A stretch of DNA of 64,000 nucleotides, from positions 32,001 to 96,000 of the forward strand of contig JAYTHY010000006.1 in the NCBI GenBank assembly GCA_043732185.1, given 5' to 3'. The translations under genes were made by a program, and so were the position numbers. Positions 26,982 through 37,134 of this stretch are shown piece by piece. The DNA is from Fibrobacteria bacterium (GTDB lineage: Bacteria; Fibrobacterota; Fibrobacteria; UBA11236). The notes below the pieces were generated by a model that did not search any database, was not told the origin of the DNA, and saw only the letters and a list, made by a program, of their open reading frames with translations. How positions within the stretch are numbered: the stretch's first letter is position 1; the number at the start of each line of letters is the position of its first letter.

Positions 26982-29579
26982 TTACGTGCGATTCAAGGAC
27001 AACAAGGCCCGTAGCGGTTGACCCATTCCACGGTATGCTGCATAAACGGCGCAAAGGATTCCCAATGCAAAGGATCCTCCCAGGCAAACGTATAAGATTC
27101 GCAAGTCCGGTACCCAAGGCACCTGCCAGATAACCTGGTTGATAGCCAAGGTTGCGGCGAGGCTCAGTCCGTAACCGGTAAGACCCGCCGCCAGGCACAG
27201 GCCGGAATAATGCATCAGGAAAAGCCGAATTAATTTGGCGCGGGGTTCACCCAGCGCGCGTAGCAACAGAATAGTTTTAAGGTTCTCGGAGACCAGCGCC
27301 TCCACGATAAGCCACAGAATGGTCAACCCAATCAATAAGGCAAATCCGGAAAGAAAACGGACCAACCAAACGAGCTTGTCCAAACTATCAATGGTGCGTC
27401 GGATCACATCTTTTAGATTGAGCAATGTGACATTAGGAAAGGCTTCACTCACCTGGGCCTGGAAGGCTTCAGCCTCAGCCATCGGAATCCCATTCACCGT
27501 TCCCAGAAAAGTTTTCGGTGCATCTTCCAAGGCACCGGGTTGGAACAACACAAAAAAGTTGGGTTGAAAAGAAGCCCAGCGAACCTGGCGAAAACTGGTA
27601 ATATGGCCTTGCACTTCCACGCCTTGAACGTCAAAGGAAAGCGTGTCGCCCAGCTTAAGTCGGAGCCGCTTGGCAAAATCCTTTTCTATGCTGACCTCGG
27701 GCAATTTGCCTTCCTGAACGGCTCCAGTCCACCAAACGCCGGAAATCAATTTCTCCGCATCAGAAAGTGTGTCCCGGTAACTCAAGTTGAATCCACGATT
27801 GCGGAATTGCCTTCGGTTGCGATCCTCCAAAGTTTCCTTACCGGATTTGGATTTTTCTCCAGCATCAGCATTCTCGTCCCGCTTGAACGGAAGGCCATTG
27901 ACTTTTTCCAAGCGCGCCCGAATCATGGGCGAGGGCTGCGCAAACGTCTGACCACGGCTACGGATAAGATCCGTAAGGCCTGGCAGCTGTTCTTCTTGGA
28001 TGTCGAACAGAAAAAGTTGGGGAATGATGCGTCCCTTGGGCACGCTGATTTCATTCAAGATGAGGCTTTGCAATTGAGGAATAAGCGTCAACGAGAAGGC
28101 CACAAAACCCAAGGCCGAAAAGGCTAAGAGCGATTTTTCGCGACCCCAGCGAATGGACCCAAGCACAATACGTATGGCATATCCAAACTTGGATCGCATG
28201 CTCCACAATGCGGCAAACAAGGCCCATCCCAAACCGCCCAAAAGCAAAAAGGCCGCCACCATAGAACCCACGGAAAGCGCACTCAAGGTCCATGAATGGC
28301 TATTGCTCATGGCAAAGGCAAAGAAAAATCCGCTCTGGGCCAGACCCATTCCCAGCCGAGGCCAAAGCCCCAGCGGCGCACTTTCCAGTGGCTTGAGCAA
28401 TGTAGCTGGAAGAATTTTACCTAATCCCGCCAATGCAGAAATGCCAAAGAGCAGCGATGTAGAAATCGCCATGAAAACTCCTAGCCAAAGAGTGCTCATC
28501 GGCAACGCAGAGGGAATGGTCACTTGATACAGGCGTGCAATGACTATGGGCAAGCCCTGGGCCCAAAAAGCGGCCAGCAACATGCCGGTTACGGCAGCCA
28601 GTGTCGCGAGAAACAGGTTCTGGGCCAGATAAAGGGAAAGGATTCTGGCGCGGCTGGATCCAAGTACAGTCAGCACGGCTACGGTTTTTCGCTCTCCGAC
28701 CAAGTGGTTTCGGAAAAAAAAGGCCGCACCCACGGCGGCCAAAAGAAAGGACGAAAGGCTTAGCAGTTTAAGGAAAGCAGTCACCATTTGAAAGCTGCGG
28801 CCAAGGTCCGATCCGGATTCCGTATACTCCGTAATCTCGATTTCCGGATCCGGGAGCGCGACATTCAAAGCCACCCGAAGCGCCTGAGTATCGGTTCCCG
28901 GAGGCAGTAGATAAAATCGGTAGCGGAAAATGCGACTGCCCTTTTGGTCGAGCCCGGTAGCTGCCATGTCCGCTATGGGAATGTAGACGCGGCTGCCCAT
29001 CTCCCAAAACTCGAAGTTCCCACCAGGGCGATGGCTGTACGCATCCTTGATGACAAAGTTCTGATTGCCCAAACGAACCGTATCCCCCACGCTCACTTTG
29101 AGTGCCAGAAACAATTCCTTAGGAAAGAGTATTTCGCCAGTGTGCAAATCCGCAATACGACCGGACCAATGATTAGGTTTTGCAACTGAACCTGCAACTG
29201 CACCTGCGCTGGAAAAAGTAAAGTCACCAACCAAGGGGTATGTCGTGGAAATCGCTTTCACCTGAACCAGTCGACTGGTGTTTGCGCCTTCGTGCGAGCG
29301 GGCGCGCAACATGGAAAGAAACCCCCATACCTCCGCGCTACGTGCGCCTGACGGCAAGTGTTTTTTCAGGATTTTCTCTTCCGAATCCGTTAAGGGCCTG
29401 CGCAATTGGATGCGTAGTTCTCCTTCCAACAATTCCTTAGACTGGGATTGAATCTCGGCTTGAAAATTCTTGGAAAGACCGTCGACGACTAAAAATACCG
29501 AAAGCCCCAAGGCATAAATAGCCACAAACGCGATCCAATTTCCCCGACGGTGTTTGAGCAAACGGAGAAACAGCGGCAT
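26982..29579 (-). CDS. ybbP: YbbP-like ABC permease (two FtsX domains)
   Basis: LVQVKA...YPLVG, P.LFLFDIQ..Q, R.FNLSY, RQVRWASFQPNFF. Confidence 0.8.
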   Translation of the reverse strand: MPLFLRLLKHRRGNWIAFVAIYALGLSVFLVVDGLSKNFQAEIQSQSKELLEGELRIQLRRPLTDSEEKILKKHLPSGARSAEVWGFLSMLRARSHEGANTSRLVQVKAISTTYPLVGDFTFSSAGAVAGSVAKPNHWSGRIADLHTGEILFPKELFLALKVSVGDTVRLGNQNFVIKDAYSHRPGGNFEFWEMGSRVYIPIADMAATGLDQKGSRIFRYRFYLLPPGTDTQALRVALNVALPDPEIEITEYTESGSDLGRSFQMVTAFLKLLSLSSFLLAAVGAAFFFRNHLVGERKTVAVLTVLGSSRARILSLYLAQNLFLATLAAVTGMLLAAFWAQGLPIVIARLYQVTIPSALPMSTLWLGVFMAISTSLLFGISALAGLGKILPATLLKPLESAPLGLWPRLGMGLAQSGFFFAFAMSNSHSWTLSALSVGSMVAAFLLLGGLGWALFAALWSMRSKFGYAIRIVLGSIRWGREKSLLAFSALGFVAFSLTLIPQLQSLILNEISVPKGRIIPQLFLFDIQEEQLPGLTDLIRSRGQTFAQPSPMIRARLEKVNGLPFKRDENADAGEKSKSGKETLEDRNRRQFRNRGFNLSYRDTLSDAEKLISGVWWTGAVQEGKLPEVSIEKDFAKRLRLKLGDTLSFDVQGVEVQGHITSFRQVRWASFQPNFFVLFQPGALEDAPKTFLGTVNGIPMAEAEAFQAQVSEAFPNVTLLNLKDVIRRTIDSLDKLVWLVRFLSGFALLIGLTILWLIVEALVSENLKTILLLRALGEPRAKLIRLFLMHYSGLCLAAGLTGYGLSLAATLAINQVIWQVPWVPDLRILYVCLGGSFALGILCAVYAAYRGMGQPLRALLSLNRT

Positions 29580-29600
29580 GATGATTGAACCTTTGGATCT

Positions 29601-30254
29601 TTAGCTGAATCGGCCCAAATGCAAGGTCTTCATTTCCGAACATCGACCCGCCAACTCGCGATTGTGCGTGACGATTACAGCCGTAAGACCTTCCTCTGCG
29701 ATTATGGAAAAAATCAGGGCTTCAACTTCCTGGGCAGTGGTTTCATCGAGATTGCCGGTGGGTTCATCGGCAAAGAGGATTTGAGGTTTAGTTGCCAAAG
29801 CCCTTGCAATGGCGACGCGCTGCTGTTCGCCGCCGGAGAGTTGATGGGGATAGTGATGGCCACGCGAGGCAAGTCCAACACGATCCAGCAGGGATTCCGC
29901 TCGGACACGGCTTTGTTTTTCACCTTGTATTTCCATGGGCAAAGCCACATTTTCCTTAGCCGTCAAGGAAGGCACCAGATGGTATTCCTGAAATATGATG
30001 CCCATGGAACGTCCACGCCAACGCGCCAGGGCATCGACACTTAAAGCGCCCAAGTCCTGGCCCTGAAAAAAGATCTGGCCTGTATCGGGTTGTTCCAGGC
30101 CCGCCAATAGACTGAGCAAAGTGGTTTTTCCGCTGCCCGACTGGCCTAAAATAGCGACGCTCGCGCCGGCCTCGATATCCATATTGAGGCCGTGCAGCAC
30201 CTGAGTGGAGCCATAGGTTTTGGACAGATTGCGGGCAGAAAGAATAACGGTCAA
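29601..30254 (-). CDS. ybbA: YbbA/LolD-like ABC ATP-binding protein
   Basis: GQSGSGKTT, LSGGEQQR, FADEPTGNLD. Probable TTG start at 30254, because the longer ORF runs into a terminator. Confidence 0.85.
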   Translation of the reverse strand: MTVILSARNLSKTYGSTQVLHGLNMDIEAGASVAILGQSGSGKTTLLSLLAGLEQPDTGQIFFQGQDLGALSVDALARWRGRSMGIIFQEYHLVPSLTAKENVALPMEIQGEKQSRVRAESLLDRVGLASRGHHYPHQLSGGEQQRVAIARALATKPQILFADEPTGNLDETTAQEVEALIFSIIAEEGLTAVIVTHNRELAGRCSEMKTLHLGRFS

Positions 30255-30297
30255 TCGGTTTCCCGGAAAACGGGTGGCTGAAGTTTGGTGCCCCTTA

Positions 30298-30334
30298 AAA
30301 TACAAAACCCCGACGCATTCCTGCATTGGGGTTT
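30298..30334 (-). terminator. Rho-independent terminator after the MFS gene
   Basis: AAACCCC..TGCA-GGAA-TGCG..GGGGTTTT followed by GTATTTT. Confidence 0.7.
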
Positions 30335-30388
30335 CGAAAGGAAGAAAAAGACAAGGGCTCTCAGGCGGTTACACCGCCCAAGTCGATA

Positions 30389-31642
30389 TCACGCATTTGC
30401 ATAGGCCGGCGTCTTGGTGCCGGTGCTAGTCGTGCTATTTTTGTTGGCCTTATTTTTTTTGACCCAGAAAAGGAGTACGGTAAACAGGACAACCAACAAG
30501 GCGGGAAAGATAACCATGGTCCCTAAGGTCGCTTGGCCAGCTGCCAATTCAAGATTGTCACCGGTTAAGCCTTTGGCGGCAGCGGCAGCCTTGTCCCCAT
30601 CGATCCATCCGCCGATAATGGGCTGGAAAATGGAGGAGGAAAACATCCCCACGGCTCCAATGACTGACATTCCGATGGCACCACTTTTAGGAATTTTATC
30701 GGCGATAAAACCAATCATATTGGGCCAGAAATAAGCGATTCCAAGCGCATAAATGATTGCTGCAGCATAGGCTCCTGCACCAGTCTGGGTGCTGAAAAGG
30801 TAGACACCAATGGTGCCCAAAATGGCTGAACCAAGTAGTACGCCCGTCTGATCAAACTTTCCAACCATGCTGCCGCCAAAAAAGCGAGCTACAGCCATCA
30901 AGCCGGTGACCAAGGCCAAAATTAGCATGGGCTGTGCGCCGCTCTTGGACAGAATCAAGCCGACCCATTGCTGCGGTCCAAATTCCGAAATGGCGGTCAT
31001 CGACATGCAAACGAACATGAAAAGAAACATTGGTGAAAACATGGCCTTAACATTGGTAGCCAAGGAGTTCGCTTCCATGAGTTTCGATTTTGGAAAGGTC
31101 TGTCCAAAAAAGAGCAGCGCGTAGGCAATGGTTGGGACGAGAATAACCGCGATTTGAGCTTGCCAAGCAAGGTTCATATCCGTCATGAATTTGGAAACCA
31201 GGGCACCGATAACGATTCCTCCCGGGAACCACATATGGAAACGATTCATCTTAGAACTCATTTCAACACCTTCATAGGCGTCAGCAATCATTGGATTGCA
31301 AGCCGCTTCCGTACAGCCATTTCCAAGGCCAATCAGGAAGGTGGAGATAAGCAACCCTACGTAGCTGTTGGCAAATAGAGTTAATAGGATTCCCAATGTA
31401 TGGGCAAAAAAAGCAAACTGCATGATTTTCTTTGGTCCGACCGAATGGTAAAGGAGGCCACCAATGAGCATGGAGAGAGGAAAGCCTAAAAACCACATGC
31501 TATTAATGAAGCCGAGTTGATGTGCCGTGAAATTCAATTCCCTACCCAGCTGGCCCAAAATACCAGCACGAATGCTGAAAGAGAATGCTGTGGTAATCAA
31601 GGCAAAACAGCTGGCGTAGAATAGTCTGTTTTTATTTTCCAT
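30389..31642 (-). CDS. MFS transporter (sugar-type)
   Basis: About 12 TM; G.GNG.TEAA.NP, WFPGG..IG, FWP.M.G motifs. Confidence 0.88.
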   Translation of the reverse strand: MENKNRLFYASCFALITTAFSFSIRAGILGQLGRELNFTAHQLGFINSMWFLGFPLSMLIGGLLYHSVGPKKIMQFAFFAHTLGILLTLFANSYVGLLISTFLIGLGNGCTEAACNPMIADAYEGVEMSSKMNRFHMWFPGGIVIGALVSKFMTDMNLAWQAQIAVILVPTIAYALLFFGQTFPKSKLMEANSLATNVKAMFSPMFLFMFVCMSMTAISEFGPQQWVGLILSKSGAQPMLILALVTGLMAVARFFGGSMVGKFDQTGVLLGSAILGTIGVYLFSTQTGAGAYAAAIIYALGIAYFWPNMIGFIADKIPKSGAIGMSVIGAVGMFSSSIFQPIIGGWIDGDKAAAAAKGLTGDNLELAAGQATLGTMVIFPALLVVLFTVLLFWVKKNKANKNSTTSTGTKTPAYANA

Positions 31643-31808
31643 TTGTATTCCTTCTCCGTTAGAAATGAAAGTTTGAGAAGAGTAAAGTTAATGTATCTGG
31701 GGAGAATGTTCTAGGTCTGGGTAGGGTAAAATTGACGTTTGTGGATTTCTGGCTGCTAAAATTCGAAAAAAGCGCCAGATCTTGAATAATCAAACCAGCC
31801 CTAAAGCT

Positions 31809-31845
31809 AAAAAGACCCACTTTTCGCAATTTGGAAAAGTGGGTC
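31809..31845 (-). terminator. Rho-independent terminator between the two MFS genes
   Basis: Perfect 12-bp stem GACCCACTTTTC/GAAAAGTGGGTC, then TTTTT on the minus strand. Confidence 0.8.
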
Positions 31846-31868
31846 CTTGGTCTAAAAAAGAGGCAGTA

Positions 31869-33416
31869 TCAACCTTCGAACTTGATGACCTTGTAACCGC
31901 CTTGGGTTTTGAAGTACAAGGCAATGATAATGTAAATACCCGCCATGGCCAACGGAATAAACGAATCCGCGGCCAAAGTCTTTCGATCACCGGTTTGGTC
32001 CGCTGTGATCATGGCTTGTTGAGCGGGAGTCTTCTCAGTGGCTGCCTTTGCATCACCCAGTTTTTTTCCGTCAATCGCATAGACCTCTGAGAGGAACAGG
32101 AACTTGGAAGGCTTCTCCGCTTTAACCTCAGCGTAAACGGCGGCATCTGTTCGGCTTAAGGCTTCCGAGGCGAAACGATCTTTGGAATATCCAAGTCCGG
32201 GTCCACCGATAAGACCGGCGGAAAGCATGCCAATACCGCCCATAATGGAAATAGCGATAGCACCACTGCGTGGGAAGCGATCCGAGGCCACGGCCAACAT
32301 AGTGGGCCAGAAAAAAGTCTTACCTAATGCATAGATTCCCAAGGCTATTAGTGCCATTCCAAAGGAGGCCATGCCGCTCGAAAGTCGTAGGCCTATCATT
32401 GCGGTTATGGCGCTAATGATTAGGAGACCGATGGGAGATACCTTTAGATTTTTCTCGATGAAGTGCACGCAGAACCGGAGTCCGAACATAATTGCTGAAG
32501 TCCAAATGAACAAATATTTACCCTGCTCCGAAGTAAACAAGTTGCCGGTAATGTTTTGAATCCATCCATCGGTTCCCAGTTCCACTGCACCAACCAATAG
32601 GTGAGCGATAAAGAGGCCAAACAGCAGGAATGAACCAACTGAAAATTTGGTCAAGACTCCAACGGCAACCATTAGTGCACCGGAAATCCCATAGGCGGCC
32701 CATTGTGGCAAGCCCAAATTGGTCGAGAAAAAGATGGAGAGCAGATAGCAGACAACCAAAGCGCCCACGAGTCCGACATCCTTTAACATTTCGCCAATGC
32801 TGGCGCCCTTTTCCGAAGCTTCAGATTTAGGGAATTTCTGGCCCAAGAACATGAGGCCATAACCAAGGGTCGGTAATAAGTAGAGGGAGAGTTGGATTTT
32901 CCAGCCCACTTGCATTTTGTCATCCAAGATCCAGCCGACCAAAGCACCCAAGACCATACCCAACGGCCAGCTGGCATGGAGGATGTTCAAATAATGGGCG
33001 CGGTTTTTGGGGAAAAGGGTGGCTACCAACGGGTTGGCAACGGCTTCCAATGTGCCGTTTGCAAAGGCGAACATGAACATTCCCCAGGTTAGGAATTTGG
33101 CTGCATTGTCAGGCGTGGTGGCCATGAAGGTGACCACTGCTGAAGCCATATGCAGCACAAATGCCGCCGCGACCAGCTTTCCGTAACCAATTTTGTCAGC
33201 GATGACACCGCCGATAATGATACCGAAACAAAAGCCTGTAAAGCCTGCACCGCCAATGGCTCCCAGCTGTAGGCCAGTGAATCCGAACTCACGACCCCAA
33301 TTGTCAAATATTCCGCCTCTTAGGGCAAAACCCACACCTGCCGCTAGAATAGCAACGAAGCCGGCAAACAAAAGTCTACTTGCATTGGGTGCGATACCCT
33401 CTGATTTAATTGACAT
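31869..33416 (-). CDS. MFS transporter (same family as 30389-31642, with an extra TM/loop insert)
   Basis: ANG.LEAV.NP, WPLG.VLG, FFWPTML motifs. Confidence 0.88.
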   Translation of the reverse strand: MSIKSEGIAPNASRLLFAGFVAILAAGVGFALRGGIFDNWGREFGFTGLQLGAIGGAGFTGFCFGIIIGGVIADKIGYGKLVAAAFVLHMASAVVTFMATTPDNAAKFLTWGMFMFAFANGTLEAVANPLVATLFPKNRAHYLNILHASWPLGMVLGALVGWILDDKMQVGWKIQLSLYLLPTLGYGLMFLGQKFPKSEASEKGASIGEMLKDVGLVGALVVCYLLSIFFSTNLGLPQWAAYGISGALMVAVGVLTKFSVGSFLLFGLFIAHLLVGAVELGTDGWIQNITGNLFTSEQGKYLFIWTSAIMFGLRFCVHFIEKNLKVSPIGLLIISAITAMIGLRLSSGMASFGMALIALGIYALGKTFFWPTMLAVASDRFPRSGAIAISIMGGIGMLSAGLIGGPGLGYSKDRFASEALSRTDAAVYAEVKAEKPSKFLFLSEVYAIDGKKLGDAKAATEKTPAQQAMITADQTGDRKTLAADSFIPLAMAGIYIIIALYFKTQGGYKVIKFEG

Positions 33417-33631
33417 TAATCATCCTGGTTAGATTTAAAGTTTCGATTTCAACCACTAGGCGGATTAATTTAAGCCAATCGTTGATTTTCGTCTGCATGA
33501 ATTTTTGAAATTTCCCATTACCCTTGGATGATTCAAGCAGAAAGCGTGAAATTAGGGATGAATGCGGCGTTTTTCCCGTTCGTTTTTATTCAGGTCATAG
33601 AAATGTGAAGGGCGTAAGTATGATTTTGGTA

Positions 33632-34366
33632 TCAATCAATAGAATTATTTTTTGGATGGGTGGGATTCCGATGGAAATCGGAGTGGCCGACAGGAACACG
33701 AACTTCCAGTATGGGTTTTAGAAAACGGAATAGGTGTTCCGCGATCCGTTCATGACCATGTGCGGTGGGATGAAGGCCATCCGCTTGATTGAGATCAGGC
33801 TCGCCGGCTACCCCTTCCAATAGAAAGCCGAGCAAGGGCGTCTGATATTTGGCGGCAAGGATTGGGAACATTTTTTCAAATGCTTTCGAGTATTCTATTC
33901 CGTAATTGGGAGGCACTTTGAGTCCAGCAAGGATTACGGTCCATTTCTGGGTACGACAATATTCCAGAACAGCTTCTAGATTTTTCTGAGTCGCTTCTGG
34001 CTTAACGCCTCTTAGGCCGTCGTTAGAACCCAAGGTGAGTATGATGAGATCTGGATTGCTCTTGGCATACCATTTTAACCGACGCACGCCACTCGCTGAA
34101 GTGCTTCCACTTGAACCGCCGTTGAGCACTTGGAATTGATCGTGCCATTGGTTGAGGCGAGTTTCCAACTGTGCCGGAAAAGCCTCTCCCTTTTCAACAC
34201 CATAGCCTTCGGTTAGGCTATCGCCGAGAATCAAAATTTTAAACCGCTTTCCGGTAACACCTTGAGCGAATAAGGCCCATATTGAGAAAAGCATCAACAT
34301 TGACGCCCAAATAGTGCCTTTACGAGAGAAAAGTGGCACCCTACTAAACCGTTTTAGCCAAATCAT
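33632..34366 (-). CDS. tesA: TesA-like arylesterase/thioesterase I (SGNH)
   Basis: LGDSLTEGYG, LGSNDGLRG, PPNYG..Y, DGLHP. Start uncertain (34366 or 34300). Confidence 0.88.
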   Translation of the reverse strand: MIWLKRFSRVPLFSRKGTIWASMLMLFSIWALFAQGVTGKRFKILILGDSLTEGYGVEKGEAFPAQLETRLNQWHDQFQVLNGGSSGSTSASGVRRLKWYAKSNPDLIILTLGSNDGLRGVKPEATQKNLEAVLEYCRTQKWTVILAGLKVPPNYGIEYSKAFEKMFPILAAKYQTPLLGFLLEGVAGEPDLNQADGLHPTAHGHERIAEHLFRFLKPILEVRVPVGHSDFHRNPTHPKNNSID

Positions 34367-34436
34367 GAGCAAAGGTTGTTCATTTCGCTGAAATTCAGTA
34401 TAAATATACAGGATATACATTAGCAGGGAGTTTCTT

Positions 34437-34769
34437 TTGAAAAATAAAGCAAAATCGTTACTAGGTTTGGTTCTCATGGCTGGCCTGACATGGGCTGCGG
34501 CGGACGGAGTAAAATCTGATAAAAAAACGCCAGCTGCAACTGAAAAAAATGCCATCACGGCCGGCGAAAATGATCATTGCCAACGGCCGAGTGCGGAGTG
34601 TCCTAAAGAGGCCAAGTGCCCTAAAGAAATGCATGCTGCGAAATCGGGTCAATGTTGCCGGAAACATTCCGGTAGTGATGCTAAATCAGCCCAAGGGCAT
34701 GGCACTACGGTTACGCCTGAAGGTAAACCGGTTGATGCCGTTAAAGCTAAAGAGCCGGCGGCCAAATAA
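34437..34769 (+). CDS. Small exported Cys/His-containing low-complexity protein
   Basis: GGGAG RBS plus TTG; signal peptide ending TWA; HC..ECPKEAKCPKEMH..CC.KH. Confidence 0.65.
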   Translation: MKNKAKSLLGLVLMAGLTWAAADGVKSDKKTPAATEKNAITAGENDHCQRPSAECPKEAKCPKEMHAAKSGQCCRKHSGSDAKSAQGHGTTVTPEGKPVDAVKAKEPAAK

Positions 34770-34783
34770 CCCTTCCTGTCCGG

Positions 34784-35626
34784 TCAATGTCCGGAGAAAT
34801 ACCACCACGTAAACAGGGCTAAGGCGATCCGATACCAGCCAAAGCCCTGTAAACTGTGATTGGCCAAGAATTTTATGAAGTAGCGAATCGCGAACCATGC
34901 GGATATCAGCGAAACGAAAAAGCCCAAGGCAAATAACGGAACATCTGCCGCGACCAAAAAAGCGCGACTCTTGAACAAATCATACCCCGTCGCAGCAAAC
35001 ATAATGGGCACGGCAGCGAGAAAAGAATATTCCGCCGTAGTCCTTCGATCGACTTTCATAAGCATACCACCAATGATGGTGGAACCGGACCGGGACATTC
35101 CCGGCCAAAGGGCGAGGCATTGAAAGAAGCCAATGGTAAGTGCGTCGCGCCAACCCAGTACATCCAGCGATGTCTTTTCAGGTTTGGGGCGGTAGACTTC
35201 AACCAGGATAAGCCCCAAGCCGCCCAGGACTAGACCGATGGCCACAGTCATGGGGGAAAACAAATGTTCTTTTATATACCCGTGGGCTAGTTTACCGGCG
35301 ATCAAAGCAGGCGCCGTGGTCAACATGAGCAAACCCAATCCACGCCATCCTGCAAGGGTAGTCGGCGCTGCAAGATCAGTGTTAACAGACGAGTTACCCT
35401 GAGTCACGGTCTTCCCTTGGCCGGGTATAAGGCTGAGAAATCGACGCCAGTAGACGCCCACCACCGCCAAAATAGCCCCCAGTTGTATGAAAACTTCAAA
35501 GGCATCCACTCGGGGTCCGGTAAATCCAAGCAAGTGGCCGGCAATAATCATGTGGCCGGTAGAGGAAACCGGTATGAATTCCGTCAAGCCTTCCAATAAG
35601 CCAATTATAATCGCTATTTCGTACAT
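34784..35626 (-). CDS. uppP: Undecaprenyl-diphosphate phosphatase
   Basis: EGLTEFIPVSSTGH, IQLGAILAV, PGMSRSGSTI, AEYSF. Confidence 0.95.
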   Translation of the reverse strand: MYEIAIIIGLLEGLTEFIPVSSTGHMIIAGHLLGFTGPRVDAFEVFIQLGAILAVVGVYWRRFLSLIPGQGKTVTQGNSSVNTDLAAPTTLAGWRGLGLLMLTTAPALIAGKLAHGYIKEHLFSPMTVAIGLVLGGLGLILVEVYRPKPEKTSLDVLGWRDALTIGFFQCLALWPGMSRSGSTIIGGMLMKVDRRTTAEYSFLAAVPIMFAATGYDLFKSRAFLVAADVPLFALGFFVSLISAWFAIRYFIKFLANHSLQGFGWYRIALALFTWWYFSGH

Positions 35627-35781
35627 GGAATGCAAAATTAATTTAAAAGCACTCGTTTCATTGGATCCCATTAACTATTCGTTTGCCTTGGGCATTTTTC
35701 CATGGCTGCAACTAGGACAATAGCCTGGAAAACCCGATTTTTGTTACTATTGTCAGAATACCAACAGATCGGCATTTACAT

Positions 35782-36627
35782 TTGAATTCACCTGAGCATA
35801 TCTATCGTTCCCTATTCCCATCCGGTTCGAAATCCCAGAAAGGGAAGCACCAGCCTTTGGGTGAAAGACTGGATGCACTTTACCATAGTAGTAGAGATTT
35901 TGAGGAAATGCCCACGACGGAAATACCTATTTCCATGCTTATGGCATTGGACAAGTTGTCCCAGTCCAAAGCGACTCCGGAATTGATCTTTCCGCTACCC
36001 GCTGATTCATTACCCCTTGTAGCCGAGTCCTCGACAACACACCGAAAAAGCCAGTTAGCGGTAACGGATCTCAGCGGTCACTTGAAGCGCGTTGCCGCTT
36101 ACGCAAGACTTTTAGCTATCAAAGTGGGCATGGACGATAAGGAAGCGGATTTCGTCAAGCAAATTTCACCCATGCATGACATCGGCAAATGGGCCATTCC
36201 AGACGACATCCTCCACAAGCCCAGCGCTTTGACACCGGATGAGTGGGAGATCATGAAGACGCATACCTCAATGGGTTATGAAATGCTCAAAGATTCCAAG
36301 CTCGATGTTCTACGCATGGGCGCCCTGGTGGCTATTCAACATCAAGAAAAATTCGACGGAACCGGTTATCCCAAAGGGTTAAAAGGGGAAGACATTCACA
36401 TCTACAGCCGCATCACCACCGTGGCGGATGTATTCGATGCCTTGGGCAGTGTGCGTACTTATAAAGATGCGTGGCCGGTTGATGACATCATCCAATACTT
36501 TCAGCAAGGTCGCAGCACCCATTTCGATCCCAATTTAGTGGATTTGCTTTTAACCAATTTGGAAGAATTCATCGCCATCCGCTCTGCGTTCCCTGGATCG
36601 GAACCGGAAGCCCAATCGGCTGGCTGA
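35782..36627 (+). CDS. HD-GYP domain phosphodiesterase
   Basis: H.KRV, MHDIGK, HQEKFDGTGYP, ADVFDAL, R.YK.AW. Start uncertain. Confidence 0.88.
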   Translation: MNSPEHIYRSLFPSGSKSQKGKHQPLGERLDALYHSSRDFEEMPTTEIPISMLMALDKLSQSKATPELIFPLPADSLPLVAESSTTHRKSQLAVTDLSGHLKRVAAYARLLAIKVGMDDKEADFVKQISPMHDIGKWAIPDDILHKPSALTPDEWEIMKTHTSMGYEMLKDSKLDVLRMGALVAIQHQEKFDGTGYPKGLKGEDIHIYSRITTVADVFDALGSVRTYKDAWPVDDIIQYFQQGRSTHFDPNLVDLLLTNLEEFIAIRSAFPGSEPEAQSAG

Positions 36628-36650
36628 TCGGAACCTGGAACGACGCGCGT

Positions 36651-37031
36651 CTAGACTTCGGAGCCTTTTAGCAGAGCCTCTACCTGGCTGATCAAGGTGT
36701 TCAAGCGAAACGGTTTCTGCAAAAAGATTATCCCCGGCATCTCCAGGTATTTATGAATGGAGGCATTGCTGGAACCCGTATAGCCAGACATAAAAATCAC
36801 TTTCACTTGGGGATGATCGACTCGCAGCCTATCCACCATTTCTGACCCATTCATGTGGGGCATGACCACATCGGTCAAAATGAGATCCACGACGGCACTG
36901 GTACTCTGTAACATCTCCACAGCATCCAGACCCTGGCAGGCCTCCAAAACCTTAAAGCCTTTGATTTCTAGCAATTCGCGGATGAGTCCACGCAACATGT
37001 CCTCGTCCTCGACGAGCAGTATGGTATTCAT
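36651..37031 (-). CDS. Single-domain response regulator (REC)
   Basis: LLVEDE, LTDVVMP, FMSGY, QKPF. The ORF extension upstream overlaps the neighbour. Confidence 0.88.
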   Translation of the reverse strand: MNTILLVEDEDMLRGLIRELLEIKGFKVLEACQGLDAVEMLQSTSAVVDLILTDVVMPHMNGSEMVDRLRVDHPQVKVIFMSGYTGSSNASIHKYLEMPGIIFLQKPFRLNTLISQVEALLKGSEV

Positions 37032-37134
37032 CGCCAAGGCATGTCCCGTTGTGAAGTTTAACTTGAAGTATACTCCCCTTTGGACAATGCTGCTCAGGAA
37101 AAAAGGATCCAATCCAAGCTGGGCAGAAGCCGAT

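Noticed and set aside
34367..34558. Long N-terminal extension of the TesA ORF; similar extensions at 10316-10438, 11697-11780, 25650-25943, 37032-37346 and 49100-49399
   Set aside because: These are longest-ORF artefacts overlapping neighbouring genes; downstream starts fit the family N-termini.
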